From the NCBI GenBank assembly GCA_002269645.1, contig NIVC01000757.1:1-64000 (forward strand): a stretch of 64,000 nt of DNA, written 5' to 3'. The position numbers were made by a program, and so were the translations under genes. Within the stretch, counting starts at the first letter, position 1, and every line of letters starts with the position of its first letter. The stretch is from Macrostomum lignano (Eukaryota). This document shows positions 23,264 to 34,616 of this stretch, in pieces. The notes below the pieces were generated by a model, which worked only from the letters and a program-made list of their open reading frames with translations, did no database searches and was not told where the DNA came from.

Positions 23264-26200
23264 ATGTCTACCCCAGACGCCGATCTTGTCGACTTGGTGT
23301 CTCGGGCGCTTCGTCTTGAAGAGTCGTCAGCCGACGATCCTGAAGACCAACCGTACAAGTCGCGCTACGAAGCTCGGAAACTTCTCAACGAAGCTATTAG
23401 TATTGTTAATGCCGAGGGATTATCGTCAGCAGTTGAGACTAAAGGTTAGCTACTCATAAGCTGCTATTGTGTATTCTATCTACAAAATTCAAATCGATCT
23501 TCTTCAACTCTCGGAGAGTCTTCTTCAAATCTTGGAGAGTCTTCTTTTAAACTCTTAGAGAGTCTTCTTTTAAACTCTGAAAGAGTCTTCTTTTAAACTC
23601 TTAGAGAGTCTTCTTTTAAACTCTTAGAGAGTCTTCTTTTAAACTCTTAGAGAGTCTTCTTTTAAACTCTTAGAGAGTCTTCTTTTAAACTCTTAGAGAG
23701 TCTTCTTTTAAACTCTTAGAGAGTCTTCTTTTAAACTCTTAGAGAGTCTTCTTTTAAACTCTTAGAGAGTCTTGTTCAAATCTTGGAGAGTCTTCTTTTA
23801 AACTCTTAGAGAGTCTTCTTTTAAACTCTTAAAGAGTCTTCTTTTAAACTCTTAGAGAGTCTTCTTTTCAACTCATAGAGAGTCTTCTTTTAAACTCTTA
23901 GAGAGTCTTGTTCAAATCTTGGAGAGTCTTCTTTTAAACTCATAGAGAGTCTTCTTTTAAACTCTTAGAGAGTCTTGTTCAAATATTGGAGAGTCTTCTT
24001 TTCAACTCTTGGAGTCTTCAGGTCTAGGAGAGTCTTCTTCAAATCTTGGAGAGTCTTTTTTGAACTCTTGGAGATTCTTTTTCAAATCCTAAAGAATCTT
24101 CTTCAAATATTGGATGGACTTCAAATGCTTGAGAATCGCTTTCAAATATTTTTTTAATCGCTTTTAAATCTTTTAGAAGTTCCCTCGCAGTGTCTTTAAG
24201 AGTCGCTTTGAAGTTGAAATCGATATTAGTTACACTTTATTAATATTTTTAAACATGACTTTTACTAGATAAATTAGACTCCATTTACCTGCTCCTTTCT
24301 GCAGCTGAAGGTGACAGCAGTTCACCCGACCCAGAGTTCAAATCTCACAGGCGTCAACTTCGCTTGCTATGGTTGAAAATTCGTTTAGCCTCAAACTATT
24401 TGGAGACTGATGAAGCTTCGGAAGGATATCGAATGCTCACTGCCCTACTCGAGGCTGACAACGAAGTTCTCCAGTTGAACGATGGAGGTACCGATCAAAG
24501 CGGCGAAGTTGTTGTTGCAGACTCTTCTTCCGCGAATCGATATCTTCGCGAAGCGGCCGTTAAAGTTCAACTGTACAACTGGCTGGGCTGCGCGTGCTGC
24601 CATCTGAATCGGCACGCTGATGCTATCGAATTCCTGCAACAGGCTGAGGCAGCCTTTCTGCGCGCGAAACGGCTGCTGGCTGCTGACGAGTCCGCCAGGG
24701 TGAGATGATAGCTCTGATGTTTTTGAGAGTAGATTGCTGAATGTCTGAGACTAGACTGAGGTTAGATTTTGAGGTTAGACTTAGGTTAGATTATGAGATT
24801 AGACTACGATTAGGTTTTTTGGGCTGGATTATAATTAGATTTCGAGGCTAGACTGAGATTAGATTCTTAGGCTAGACTGAGATTAGATTCAGTGGCTAGA
24901 CTGAGGTTAGATTCAGAGGCTAGACTGAGGTTAGATTTAGAGGCTAGACTGAGATTAGATTCTTAGGCTAGACTGAGGTTAGATTCTTAGGCTAGACTGA
25001 GGTTAGATTTAGAGGCTAGACTGAGGTCAGATTCAGAGGCTAGACTGAGATTAGATTCTTAAGCTAGACTGAGATTAGATTCTTAGGCTAGACTGAGGTT
25101 AGATTCTTAGGCTAGACTGAGGTTAGATTCTTAAGCTAGACTGAGATTAGATTCTTAGGCTAGACTGAGGTTAGATTCTTAAGCTAGACTGAGGTTAGAT
25201 TCAGAGGCTAGACTGAGGTTAGATTCGGAGGCTAGACTGAGATTAGATTCTTAAGCTAGACTAAGATTAGATTCAGAGGCTAGACTGATATTAGATTCAG
25301 AGGCTAGACTGAGATTAGATTCTTAAGCTAGACTGAGATTAGATTCTTAGGCTAGACTGAGGTTAGATTCAGAGACTAGACTGAGATTAGATTTCAGGCT
25401 AGACTGAGATATTAGGTTTTCAGGCTAGACTGAGATTAGATTTTGAAACTAGACTGAGACTAGATTTTGAAGCGAGGCTGAGATTAGATTTCGAGGTCAG
25501 ACTGAGATTAGATTTTGAAACGAGGCTGAGATTAGATTTCGAGGTCAAACTGAGATTAGATTTCGAGGCTAGACTGATATTAGATTTCGAGGCTAGACTG
25601 AGATTAGATTTTGAGGCTAGACTGAAATTAGATTCTGATACTAGACTGAGATTAGATTTTAAGGCTAGACTGAAATTAGATTCTGATACTAGACTGAGAT
25701 TAGATTTCGAGGCCAGACTGAGATTAGATTTCGAGGCCAGACTGAGATTAGATTTTGAGGCTAGACTGAAATTAGATTTTGATACTAGACTGAGATTAGA
25801 TTTCGAGACCAGACTAAGATTAAATTTCGAGGCTAGACTGAGGTTGGATTCAGAGACTAGACTGAGATTAAATTTAGAGGCTAGACTGAGATTAGATTTC
25901 GAGGCCAGACTGAGATTAGATTTTGAGGCTAGACTGAAATTAGATTCTGAGACTAGACTGAGATTAGATTTCGAGGCCAGACTGAGATTAGATTTTGAGG
26001 CTAGACTGAAATAAGATTCTGAGACTAGACTGAGATTAGATTTCGAGGCCAGACTGAGATTAGATTTCGAGGCCAGACTGAGATTAGATTTCGAGGCCAG
26101 ACTGAGATTAGATTTCGAGGCCAGACTGAGATTAGATTTTGAGGCTAGACTGAAATTAGATTCTGAGACTAGACTGAGATTAGATTTCGAGGCCAGACTG

Positions 26201-29200
26201 AGATTAGATTTCGAGGTCAGACTGAGATTAGATTTTGAGGCTAGACTGAAATTAGATTCTGATACTAGACTGAGATTAGATTTCGAGGCCAGACTGAGAT
26301 TAGATTTCGAGGCCAGACTGAGATTAGATTTCGAGGCCAGACTGAGATTAGATTTCGAGGCCAGACTGAGATTAGATTTCGAGGCCAGACTGAGATTAGA
26401 TTTCGAGGCCAGACTGAGATTATGTTTTCAAGCTAACACAGATTAGATTTTGAGGCTAGACAGACTAGATTTTGAAGCGAGACTGAGATTAGGCATTAAG
26501 ACTGCCCGCGCTCTCTCCATCATTCAGGCCTGGGATCTATCCGATCTATTCCCATCGGCTGTGAAGCCAGCTAATGAGAAAGAAGAAGCCGCATCAGCTC
26601 TAGCGGACTCGTGCTCCCTGGAGTCGCTGCACACAAAGACCCTGTTCTATTTGGCTCAAGCGTTTGGCAAAGCTGATCGACCAGCAGATTCGGCTCGCTA
26701 CTGTCAGATGACGCTTAACCGGCAGCTGGCCCTGTCTGACTATGCAGCGAGCGAATGGGCTGTGAACTGCGCCGCACTCAGTCAGTACTATTTGGGGGTG
26801 CGAGACTTTGCCAGAGCGCACAGGTGCTTGTGTGCCGCATCGGCTGTGCTTGCCGAAGCTGAGGCGGCCAATCCTGAAGCTTTTGTAAGCTTTGATTGAT
26901 TGCGAATCTTGTTTCTGGGGCATTGGCAGGTTACAGCTGGGGTAGGGAGAGTACAGCTGGGGCAGGGGGAGTACAGCTGGGGCGGGGAGTACAGCTGGGG
27001 CAGGGGGAGTACAGCTGGGGCAGGGAAAGTACAGCTGGGGCAGGGAAAGTACAGCTGGGGCAGGGAAAGTACAGCTGGGGCAGGGAAAGTACAGCTGGGG
27101 TCGGGATGGGGCAGGGAATGTACAGCTGGGGCAGGGATGGGGCAGGGAATGTACAGCTGGGGCAGGGATGGGGCAGGGAATGTACAGCTGGGGCAGGGAT
27201 GGGACAGGGAATGTACAGCTGGGGCAGGGATGGGGCAGGGAATGTACAGCTGGGGCAGGGATGGGGCAGGGAATGTACAGCTGGGGCAGGGAAAGTACAG
27301 CTGAGGCAGGAGGGGATACGGGAGGAAAAATCCTCCAGCCAATCGGGGAAGTCTGAACAGAAATATTTTTCAATTTTTAAGCTTGTTTAAAGACAAATTT
27401 TGGTGAAAAACATCCAGGCAGCGCACGATCCCGACAGCGAGCTGCAGCACAATCGAGCGAGCATTTCTCGTTGCTGGGTGAAGTACGCGATAGCCTTACT
27501 GGAGTATTCGCGAGATCTTGCCCAGCACCAACTAGAAGATTGTCGGTCCGAGGCCGACTACGAGGATTTGTTTCCTAGCGTCGAGGCCGGTCATCACGCT
27601 GACAAGGTGGCGTACGTGCCGGCTGTTAATTTTGAACAGGTGTGGCGCATCTCTGATTTCATTAGTGAGTTGGTAGATTCCATTAGTTAGTTGGTAGATT
27701 CGGTTAGTGAGTTAATAGATTCCATTAGTGAGTTGGTAGATTCAATAAGTGAGTTGGTAGATTTAGTTTGAGTTGGTAGATTTAGTTAGTGAGTTGGTAG
27801 ATTTAGTTTGAGTTGGTAGATTTAGTTAGTGAGTTGGTAGATTTAGTTTGAGTTGGTAGATTTAGTTAGTGAGTTGGTAGATTTAGTTAGTGAGTTGGTA
27901 GATTTAGTTTGAGTTGGTAGATTTAGTTAGTGAGTTGGTAGATTCCATTAGTTAGTTGGTAGATTCCATTAGTGAGTTGGTAGATTTAGTTAGTGAGTTG
28001 GTAGATTTAGTTAGTGAGTTGGTAGATTTAGTTTGAGTTGGTAGATTTAGTTAATGAGTTGGTAGATTTAGTTGGTGAGTTGGTAGATTTAGTTTGAGTT
28101 GGTAGATTTAGTTAGTGAGTTGGTAGATTTCATTAGTGAGTTGGTAGATTTCATTAGTGAGTTGGTAGATTTCATTAGTGAGTTGGTAGATTCCATTAGT
28201 GAGTTGGTAGATTCGGTTAGTGAGTTAGTAGATTCCATTAGTTAGTTGGTAGATTCGGTTAGTGAGTTAGTAGATTCGGTTAGTGAGTTAGTAGATTCCA
28301 TTAGTGAGTTGGTAGATTCGGTTAGTAAGTTGGTAGATTTAGTTAGTGAGTTGGTAGATTTAGTTAGTGAGTTAGTAGATTCCATTAGTGAGTTGGTGGA
28401 TTCAATAAGTAAGTTGGTAGATTCGGTTAGTGAGTTGGTAGATTCGGTTAGTAAGCTGGTAGATTCAATAAGTGAGTTGGTAGAATTGACGGGTCAATCA
28501 GTACACTCAGTGGTTGTATTTAGTAGATTCTATGAGTCGGTTCAGGATGATGTTAAACTCCGTTTTACCCCTCCAACCTCTACTTCGCAGGCTCGCGCAA
28601 TCTTTCTATTCGCCCAGCGGCATCTGACATCGGCTAAAGACTTCTTCAGACTAGATGAGCACTGCACCGACCATGCCGAGCTAGTTCGCGACCATTCCCG
28701 TGCTTTCCTGCACCTGCTGCAGTTCGAGCTGGACAGCGATCGGCGTGCTCGAATGCACAAGCGTAGAGCCGATATGCTCAGAGAGCTGCTCAGCCAGCTG
28801 AGTCAGCAGTACTACTTGCTGTTGTGCCGGCAGATAAGATTTGAGCTGGGAGAAACTCTGGTTAGTGCTCTGGGATGCTTTATTGATGTTAGCTGTCAAT
28901 CAGCTGACTTGCGGCAGTTTACAAGGCTTCTTGGAAACTAACTACCTAAATCTCACCCCCGATACTTAGTCAACCATAATGATCCCATACCCTGTTATTT
29001 GAAGTCAGCCATATGGTCCATCGATGATCCCATTCGACGATAGTCTCATCCAAATGATCCGATCCATCCAAGATCCCATCCATCAATAATCCGATCCATC
29101 GAAGATCCCATCCATCGAAGATCCCATCCATCCAAGATCCCATCCATCAATAATCCGATCCATCGAAGATCCCATCCATCGAAGATCCCATCTATCAATA

Positions 29201-29970
29201 ATCCCATCCATCGAAGATCCCATTCATCAATAATCCCATCCATCGAAGATCTCATCTATCAATAATCCGATTCATCGAAGATCCCATCCATCAATAATCC
29301 CATGCATCAATAATCCCATCCATCGAAGATCCCATCTATCAATAATCCGATTCATCGAAGATCCCATCCATCAATAATCCCATCCATCGAAGATCCCATC
29401 CGATGTTTGACGTCATGAATTTATGATTGTTGATATAGCCTATCCTAGATTTGCAGAAGATGTCTCATTATAACTTAACCAAACGATGTCCTGTCCTGAC
29501 CCCCTCCCCAACCGACCCCCCCCCCGCTGCCCCAGGTGGACCTCTTGGACATCAAGCTGTCAGCCCTGGAGTCCCAGGCCGCTGCCGGCCAGACCCCCAG
29601 CCCGGCGGCCGTGGCCAAAGCCAACGCCATCGGCCGTGACGCGGTGACCCAGTTCGACTTATTTGTCGATTCGTTTCGCCTACCGCCGCCCGAGTCGCGC
29701 CTGCCAGACCGGCTGGAGGCCTTGGACACCCGGCCGGTGCTGCTGGCGCTGTTCCACTCCGCCCGGGTGTCTGCCCGCCTGCCCGAGCCGTCCAGAGATC
29801 GTCGATTGGCCAATCTGCGTCGAGCCGAAGCCAATTACCGGCAGGTTAGCGAGTACTGCGAGCGGGTGCCCGAGGCTGCCAGCGTCATGTCGCCGGAGCT
29901 GGATCTGATTAGGGACATGCTAGCTTTGATGCCCGTTAAAGTGCAAACTGTTATGGACAAATTCGCCTAG
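23264..29970 (+). CDS. KIFBP: KIF-binding protein (KBP/KIAA1279) ortholog, 6 exons, 619 aa
   Basis: Exons 23264-23444, 24305-24699, 26528-26884, 27418-27639, 28591-28860, 29536-29970 join in frame (1860 nt). Recognised KBP motifs: PEDQPYKSRYEARKLL, TLFYLAQ...YCQMTLNRQL, EWAVNCAALSQYY, ISRCWVKY, RMHKRRADML, QYYLLLCRQIRFEL, LDLIRDMLALMPVK. Confidence 0.93.
23505..24060. repeat. 23-bp intronic minisatellite (ttttaaactcttagagagtcttc)
   Basis: KIFBP intron 1. Confidence 0.92.
24745..26490. repeat. 24-bp intronic minisatellite (gaggctagactgagattagatttc and variants), ~1.7 kb
   Basis: KIFBP intron 2. Confidence 0.93.
26930..27305. repeat. G-rich intronic minisatellite (gtacagctggggcagggaaa / ...gggatggggcagggaat)
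   Basis: KIFBP intron 3. Confidence 0.92.
27660..28485. repeat. 21-bp intronic minisatellite (gtgagttggtagatttagtta)
   Basis: KIFBP intron 4. Confidence 0.92.
29040..29400. repeat. ~16-bp intronic minisatellite (catcgaagatcccatc / catcaataatcc)
   Basis: KIFBP intron 5. Confidence 0.9.
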
Positions 29971-30049
29971 TGACTTGTGTACTTTTACCTGTTGAACTGT
30001 TGTTTGGATTGCTGTTGTAGCCGGGTTTAATCTGGGAGCAGAGTAGCTT

Positions 30050-30297
30050 CACAACCGGCGAGAGGTATTACCCCCGATTCCACCGACTCCCCTGAGCAGG
30101 CACACAGCGGCCCTGACTTTATTTATGGTTAGGCATGTACACTTCACTGTGTCTTGGGGGGTTGGCCTTCAAGGCCGTTAATTGCACGAGCAGAGCCAAG
30201 CCGAGATTCCAATTCAGCCCCAAAATTAATGTGACTGCACTCGGAATCTAGCCTGGGCCGCTGGCACATCAGAGCGCCGCGCTAAACCTTTGGGCTC
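30050..30297 (-). mobile_element. SINE family B copy
   Basis: Near-identical to the body and head at 22800-23000 (gcagagccaagccgagattccaattcagcccc...ggcacatcagagcgccgcgctaaacc). Confidence 0.78.
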
Positions 30298-30380
30298 CTG
30301 CCGCAGCATTTTCAAAAGAAATCAGTTGATAATTAGTTGTGCTCAATGTACGTCTCGTTTTACTAATAATGAAAAATATT

Positions 30381-30648
30381 GATACCTGCGCCCTAACGAC
30401 CAGATGTGCAACCGACAGCTCAGCCGCAGCTACTGCGCGGCACGTCCAAGGACTGGGGGTGGGGGTCGCCACACACAGTCTCAATTACCCCAGCTAATGG
30501 TGGCACCCATTTTACAGCTCTGGGTGAACTGAAGCAATGCAGAGTTAAGTGTCTTGCTCAAGGACACAAATTATTCTAAGTGGGTCGAGAATCGAACCCC
30601 CTCCTTTCAGTCGTGAGTCTGACTTTCTTACCACTAGGCTACAACCCC
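30381..30648 (-). mobile_element. SINE family A copy with tRNA-like head
   Basis: Reverse complement of ggggttgtagcctagtggtaag...ggttcgattctc...gtgtccttgagcaagacacttaac...cagctgtaaaatgggtgcc. Confidence 0.8.
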
Positions 30649-31225
30649 TATTTTCTCATTTTATATTACTTAAAGTAGCACCATTCCTTCAGGGCTGCTT
30701 TTTCCGTTTTTAATGTCAATTTTTGGCCTTTATACTCGTATTAATACTAATAGTCGTAAATGGCTGTAGTAACGGTGACTTAAAATTTATACTTCATTTG
30801 AAATAAAGCAAACCGTAAAAGGACCGATTATTTATTCATCTTGACTTTAACATGGCGAAAAAAGGGTATATTTCTGTCAAATAACTGTTCTTGTTCTATT
30901 GATAAAATATAGCAACATAAATATTGTATAAAACCGGATAAAATTGTGTACACTTTTATTTCTTGATTTTAAAAAATAGTTTATTCTTGTCAGTTAATAG
31001 TTATTTTGGTACAAGAACCTAGCCGTAGGGATATTAAAAAGGACGAATGTCAGACTGACATATCGGATCGCATGCATAAAACGGAATAGCTGCTGTTTTG
31101 TAATTTTTATTATTTAAATAGCACTCTTACCTAGCACATTGACTTTATGCATGCGACCATACAATTCTTTATAAATAAGTCTTTTTTTAATTAGAGAGTT
31201 CAGTTTGGTTGCAGACCCTCAGGCT

Positions 31226-33178
31226 TCACAGCTGCGTCTTGTGCCCGCTCGCCGAATTCTCGTACTCGTTGTACAAGTAAGCTTTGTTATCCTGCGGGCC
31301 GGCAGCTGGCACCTTGTCCGCTCCGTCCGTTGGCTTCGGGAAGCCGTCGCCTCCTAGCTTGCTAGCAGCTACACCCAGAATAGCTATGATTATGATGAAG
31401 CCGAGGCAGCTGCAAACAATAATAATGATAAGCAGGTGCTCGGACTTCAATCCAGTGTAACTCGAACCCAACACCTGGTTTGTAGTCGGTGTTGTAGACG
31501 CCGAAATTGTGGCAGCTTTCTGGTCTAGCGTCGACAGCATGGCAACCTCCTGTTGGCAGAAGCTCTGACCGTATAGTGTCTTAATAAAGGTCGGCTTGCG
31601 TGACTGATTTATCAGATATCCCGTGGCCATTGTCTCGGTCATCTGAAGCGCTCGCTTCGGATCGTAGCAGGCGTTCGACGGCCACAGGGTGTTGTTGAGA
31701 TAGTCACGGCATTTTGGATTGCAGCCGGTCTTGGAGAAGCATCCATTGGCTGTCATTTCGGCTGATACCTGTTCAGTGAGGTTGCCGTTTCGCATGTCTG
31801 TGATGTTGCATTCCCGCTCTATGTGAGGCTCGATGCCGCTCTGCACCCAGCACATGTTGATTCCGGAGACGGCGATGCAGCTGCCCAGCTTTTCAGAATT
31901 CGGCTTGCTGACATTGTTGGGATAATAGGACAGAAACGACAGGCACATTTCGTCACTAGTTCCTTCGCCGAAGTAAATTGTTTTATTGGACTTTAGAGTG
32001 CTGAAGTAGCATTCAGTTTTAACTTCGTCACCTCTGCGGTATTCGATTGGCGGATCGAACATGTTCATTTTAGGCGAGTTGTAATCGTAGGCCTGCAGCG
32101 GATGCAAATCCTTGACGAGAGTTCCATTTCGCCATAGCGAGATGCGGCCCTGCACTCCGTAGCCGTGCATGTGGATGCCGGCTCCGGTGATGTAGCGCGT
32201 CTCCGTGTGGTACTTCTCCGTGCACACCGACGGGCAAGTGTGGTTAAAATTAACCACTGGCTGACGCGGCGGAAGCACGAGATTGCCTTCGCCGTACATT
32301 GCAGTGCCCTGGTCGTATTTTCTCAGGTTGGGGGTGAAGTAGAGCGCCAAGCCAGATGAGTCTGTATATGTACTGAGCTTAGCCGGATTGTTCCAGTGGA
32401 GCTCCAGCATTGCGTAGCGATAGCCCTCGCCTCCGATGCGATAGCCGGTGTTGTTGTTATAGCACTCGCCCTCGAGCCCGAATGCCCACAGATTGACTAT
32501 CTCATTGCAGTCCGAGCGGGCCATAAAGCACTCCTGCGGGGCGTCGAAAAACGTCTGATTCGGCTTCGAAGAGCAGGCGTACATGATCATGTGGTGCATG
32601 ACGTTCTTGTTGTCAATGATTGGCTTTGATCCGATCAGGTGAACAGGCGTGGCGGTGTTGTTCAGCTCGAACGCCTGACAGACATACGTGGTTTCCTTCG
32701 CTGGAACCGGGGTGTTCTTGTTGATGGTGAAGTTTCTCACGGTCACACTGGGGTCATTCATGGCTGGACAGCTGAATGCTTTTGGGCACACGTTCCACGC
32801 GTTGCTGCATTTTGTGGAGCCGAACTCGCAAATTCCAGGGTGGGACAGTCCAGTCGTACGCGCCGGAGTGGCTCCGACCTTCCACACGCAGTCGGGGTCT
32901 CCGAGCTCTTGGCCGTTCGTGAGTCCGTCGCCGTCCGAGTCCTTGCGGCACAGGTCGACCGTCCACTGGAGCCCGGCCGCCTTGAAGTCTAAACCGAACT
33001 TGTTGCGAGTGTCGGCTCCAACCGCACTCTCGTGCCCCACTCCGGCCCAGATGGTGCCCACCTGGCACGGGTTCGGGACGCGATCTCCGTTGGGTATCCT
33101 CGACTTGAAACTTGAGTAGCCGTGTACAGTCTGCAGCACAACGGCTGCAGTCGCTATTAAGCTGATTCCAAGTTTCAT
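31226..33178 (-). CDS. Temptin-domain / copper type II ascorbate-dependent (DBH-like) monooxygenase, paralog 1; intronless type I membrane protein, 650 aa
   Basis: Signal peptide MKLGISLIATAAVVLQTVHG. Temptin domain RIPNGDRVPNPC...GVGH...FGLDFKAAGLQWTVDLCRKDSDGDGLTNGQELGDPDCVW...SHPG. DBH-type ETTYVC. CuH ligands HHM...LHWNN; CuM ligands HMH...DEMC. Cys-rich C-domain, Ser/Thr linker, TM helix, short cytosolic tail. Start codon taken at 33178 rather than the track's 33235. Confidence 0.9.
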   Translation of the reverse strand: MKLGISLIATAAVVLQTVHGYSSFKSRIPNGDRVPNPCQVGTIWAGVGHESAVGADTRNKFGLDFKAAGLQWTVDLCRKDSDGDGLTNGQELGDPDCVWKVGATPARTTGLSHPGICEFGSTKCSNAWNVCPKAFSCPAMNDPSVTVRNFTINKNTPVPAKETTYVCQAFELNNTATPVHLIGSKPIIDNKNVMHHMIMYACSSKPNQTFFDAPQECFMARSDCNEIVNLWAFGLEGECYNNNTGYRIGGEGYRYAMLELHWNNPAKLSTYTDSSGLALYFTPNLRKYDQGTAMYGEGNLVLPPRQPVVNFNHTCPSVCTEKYHTETRYITGAGIHMHGYGVQGRISLWRNGTLVKDLHPLQAYDYNSPKMNMFDPPIEYRRGDEVKTECYFSTLKSNKTIYFGEGTSDEMCLSFLSYYPNNVSKPNSEKLGSCIAVSGINMCWVQSGIEPHIERECNITDMRNGNLTEQVSAEMTANGCFSKTGCNPKCRDYLNNTLWPSNACYDPKRALQMTETMATGYLINQSRKPTFIKTLYGQSFCQQEVAMLSTLDQKAATISASTTPTTNQVLGSSYTGLKSEHLLIIIIVCSCLGFIIIIAILGVAASKLGGDGFPKPTDGADKVPAAGPQDNKAYLYNEYENSASGHKTQL

Positions 33179-33246
33179 GATTCGGGTCGGGTTCAAAGCT
33201 GCAGATTTGCGGCTCTGTCGTTCATTCTTTTCCACGCATCTTTTAT

Positions 33247-33270
33247 TTTATATAGGCGCCTTGTGCGTCA
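33247..33270 (-). promoter_or_regulatory. TATA box with an upstream TGACGC half-site, paralog 1
   Basis: Minus strand tgacgcacaaggcgcctatataaa, about 70 nt upstream of the ATG. Confidence 0.5.
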
Positions 33271-34183
33271 TTTCTGCGTTCTCAGGTTCTCAGGTTATGT
33301 TTGTTTATGGTGAATGATTAACTTAGTAATTCTTATTTGCATTTGAATCCATGCCCCGACTGGCCGTGTTCTGCCTACCGCACTGTTTGCCAATGTCGTG
33401 AGCTGCTTGGTTTCCAAAAGGGCAGCAAATGACTTGGATAAATATTGCTCATTGTTTGCTTGGTTACCAAGTACACGACAGACCTCGAAGAATCTACATA
33501 CATGTTTATTTAAAGTGTTTTCAATGAAGTCAGAGGCAAACTTAAGATGATAAAGTTTTAGACGAGTTCTTTTTACGAGCTAAAATATACAGACTTTAAC
33601 CCGTAAAAGTACTCGTAGCTCCTAAGGTGCCCAGAACATAAAGTTCAGATCGTGTAAAACTCGACTCGTGTAGTGGCGCCGAAATGCTTAAATACCTGCG
33701 ACCACAGATAAGAGTATTCCTCACATTTTCTATTGCATTAGCTGGCATTCTTTCATTCCGGGAAGGCAATCGGTAGATCGTATCTATAAGCCAAAACGCT
33801 AGAAGTAAAAATTGAGACATATTTCGACCGTCAACGCAAATGTCCTAATGCTTAGTGTTACACAAGTCCAAACTCCTGAGTGAAACGTTTTATTATCATG
33901 GCTTTCCCCATAAATGTTTCCTTCTGCCAACAGTTCAGAAAGACAACGAACAATGGACCCGATGGTACTTTCTCTGTGTGATCTCTGGAGTCACATTCTC
34001 AAACTTCTGGCGAGGATCGTTCCTCTGCAATCAGTATATTTTATAAGCTAACACACTGTACCACAGACCAAGTAATATAACTAGACTGCGCATGCCGGTA
34101 TTCCCCACACTAAGGGGTGCATGTCTTGTTTGTCATAGAGGAAATGGCACCCTCAGTTTTCCTCCCCCCGATCGATAATGGAA

Positions 34184-34480
34184 CAGTGAGATAGTGCGGT
34201 GCCCTGGTCCCCACGAACTTCTACCATTTTAGCGCCGCAGGCACTCATTTTAGCACCGCAGACACTCATTTTAGCACCGCAGACACTCATTTTAGCACCG
34301 CAGACACTCATTTTAGCACCGCAGACACTCATTTTAGCACCGCAGACACTCATTTTAGCACCGCAGACACTCATTTTAGCACCGCAGAAACTCATTTTAG
34401 CGCTGCAGGCACCATTTTAACGCCGCAGCCACTCATTTTAGTGAACTGCGTGGGGACCGGGGCACCCCACTATCCCACTG
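34184..34480. mobile_element. MITE-like element: ~34-bp TIRs (CAGTG...) around a 21-bp tandem array (ttttagcaccgcagacactca)
   Basis: cagtgagatagtgcggtgccctggtccccacg at 34184 versus the reverse complement of cgtggggaccggggcaccccactatcccactg ending at 34480. No TSD found. Confidence 0.65.
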
Positions 34481-34616
34481 TCTAAAATCTGTCTAAAATC
34501 TCATCAAGCGCACATATGGTTGTACTGACTGCTAAGTAAAAATGAAAAAAAATATATGGTTGATTAATTAAGAAAACTGATGAATGTGTAGCGAAAAATA
34601 ATTCAATCAGCATACG

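Noticed and set aside
17153-28941. Long ORFs in repeats (e.g. 17153-17806, 18226-18794, the poly-VCLS part of 21295-22149, 26600-27390, the ELVDS part of 28246-28941)
   Set aside because: These are stop-free readings of intronic minisatellites. The true exon boundaries exclude them and give KIFBP a length matching known orthologs.
13690-29400. Tandem arrays as CRISPR arrays
   Set aside because: Units are contiguous with no unique spacers, there are no cas genes, and the context is eukaryotic and intronic.
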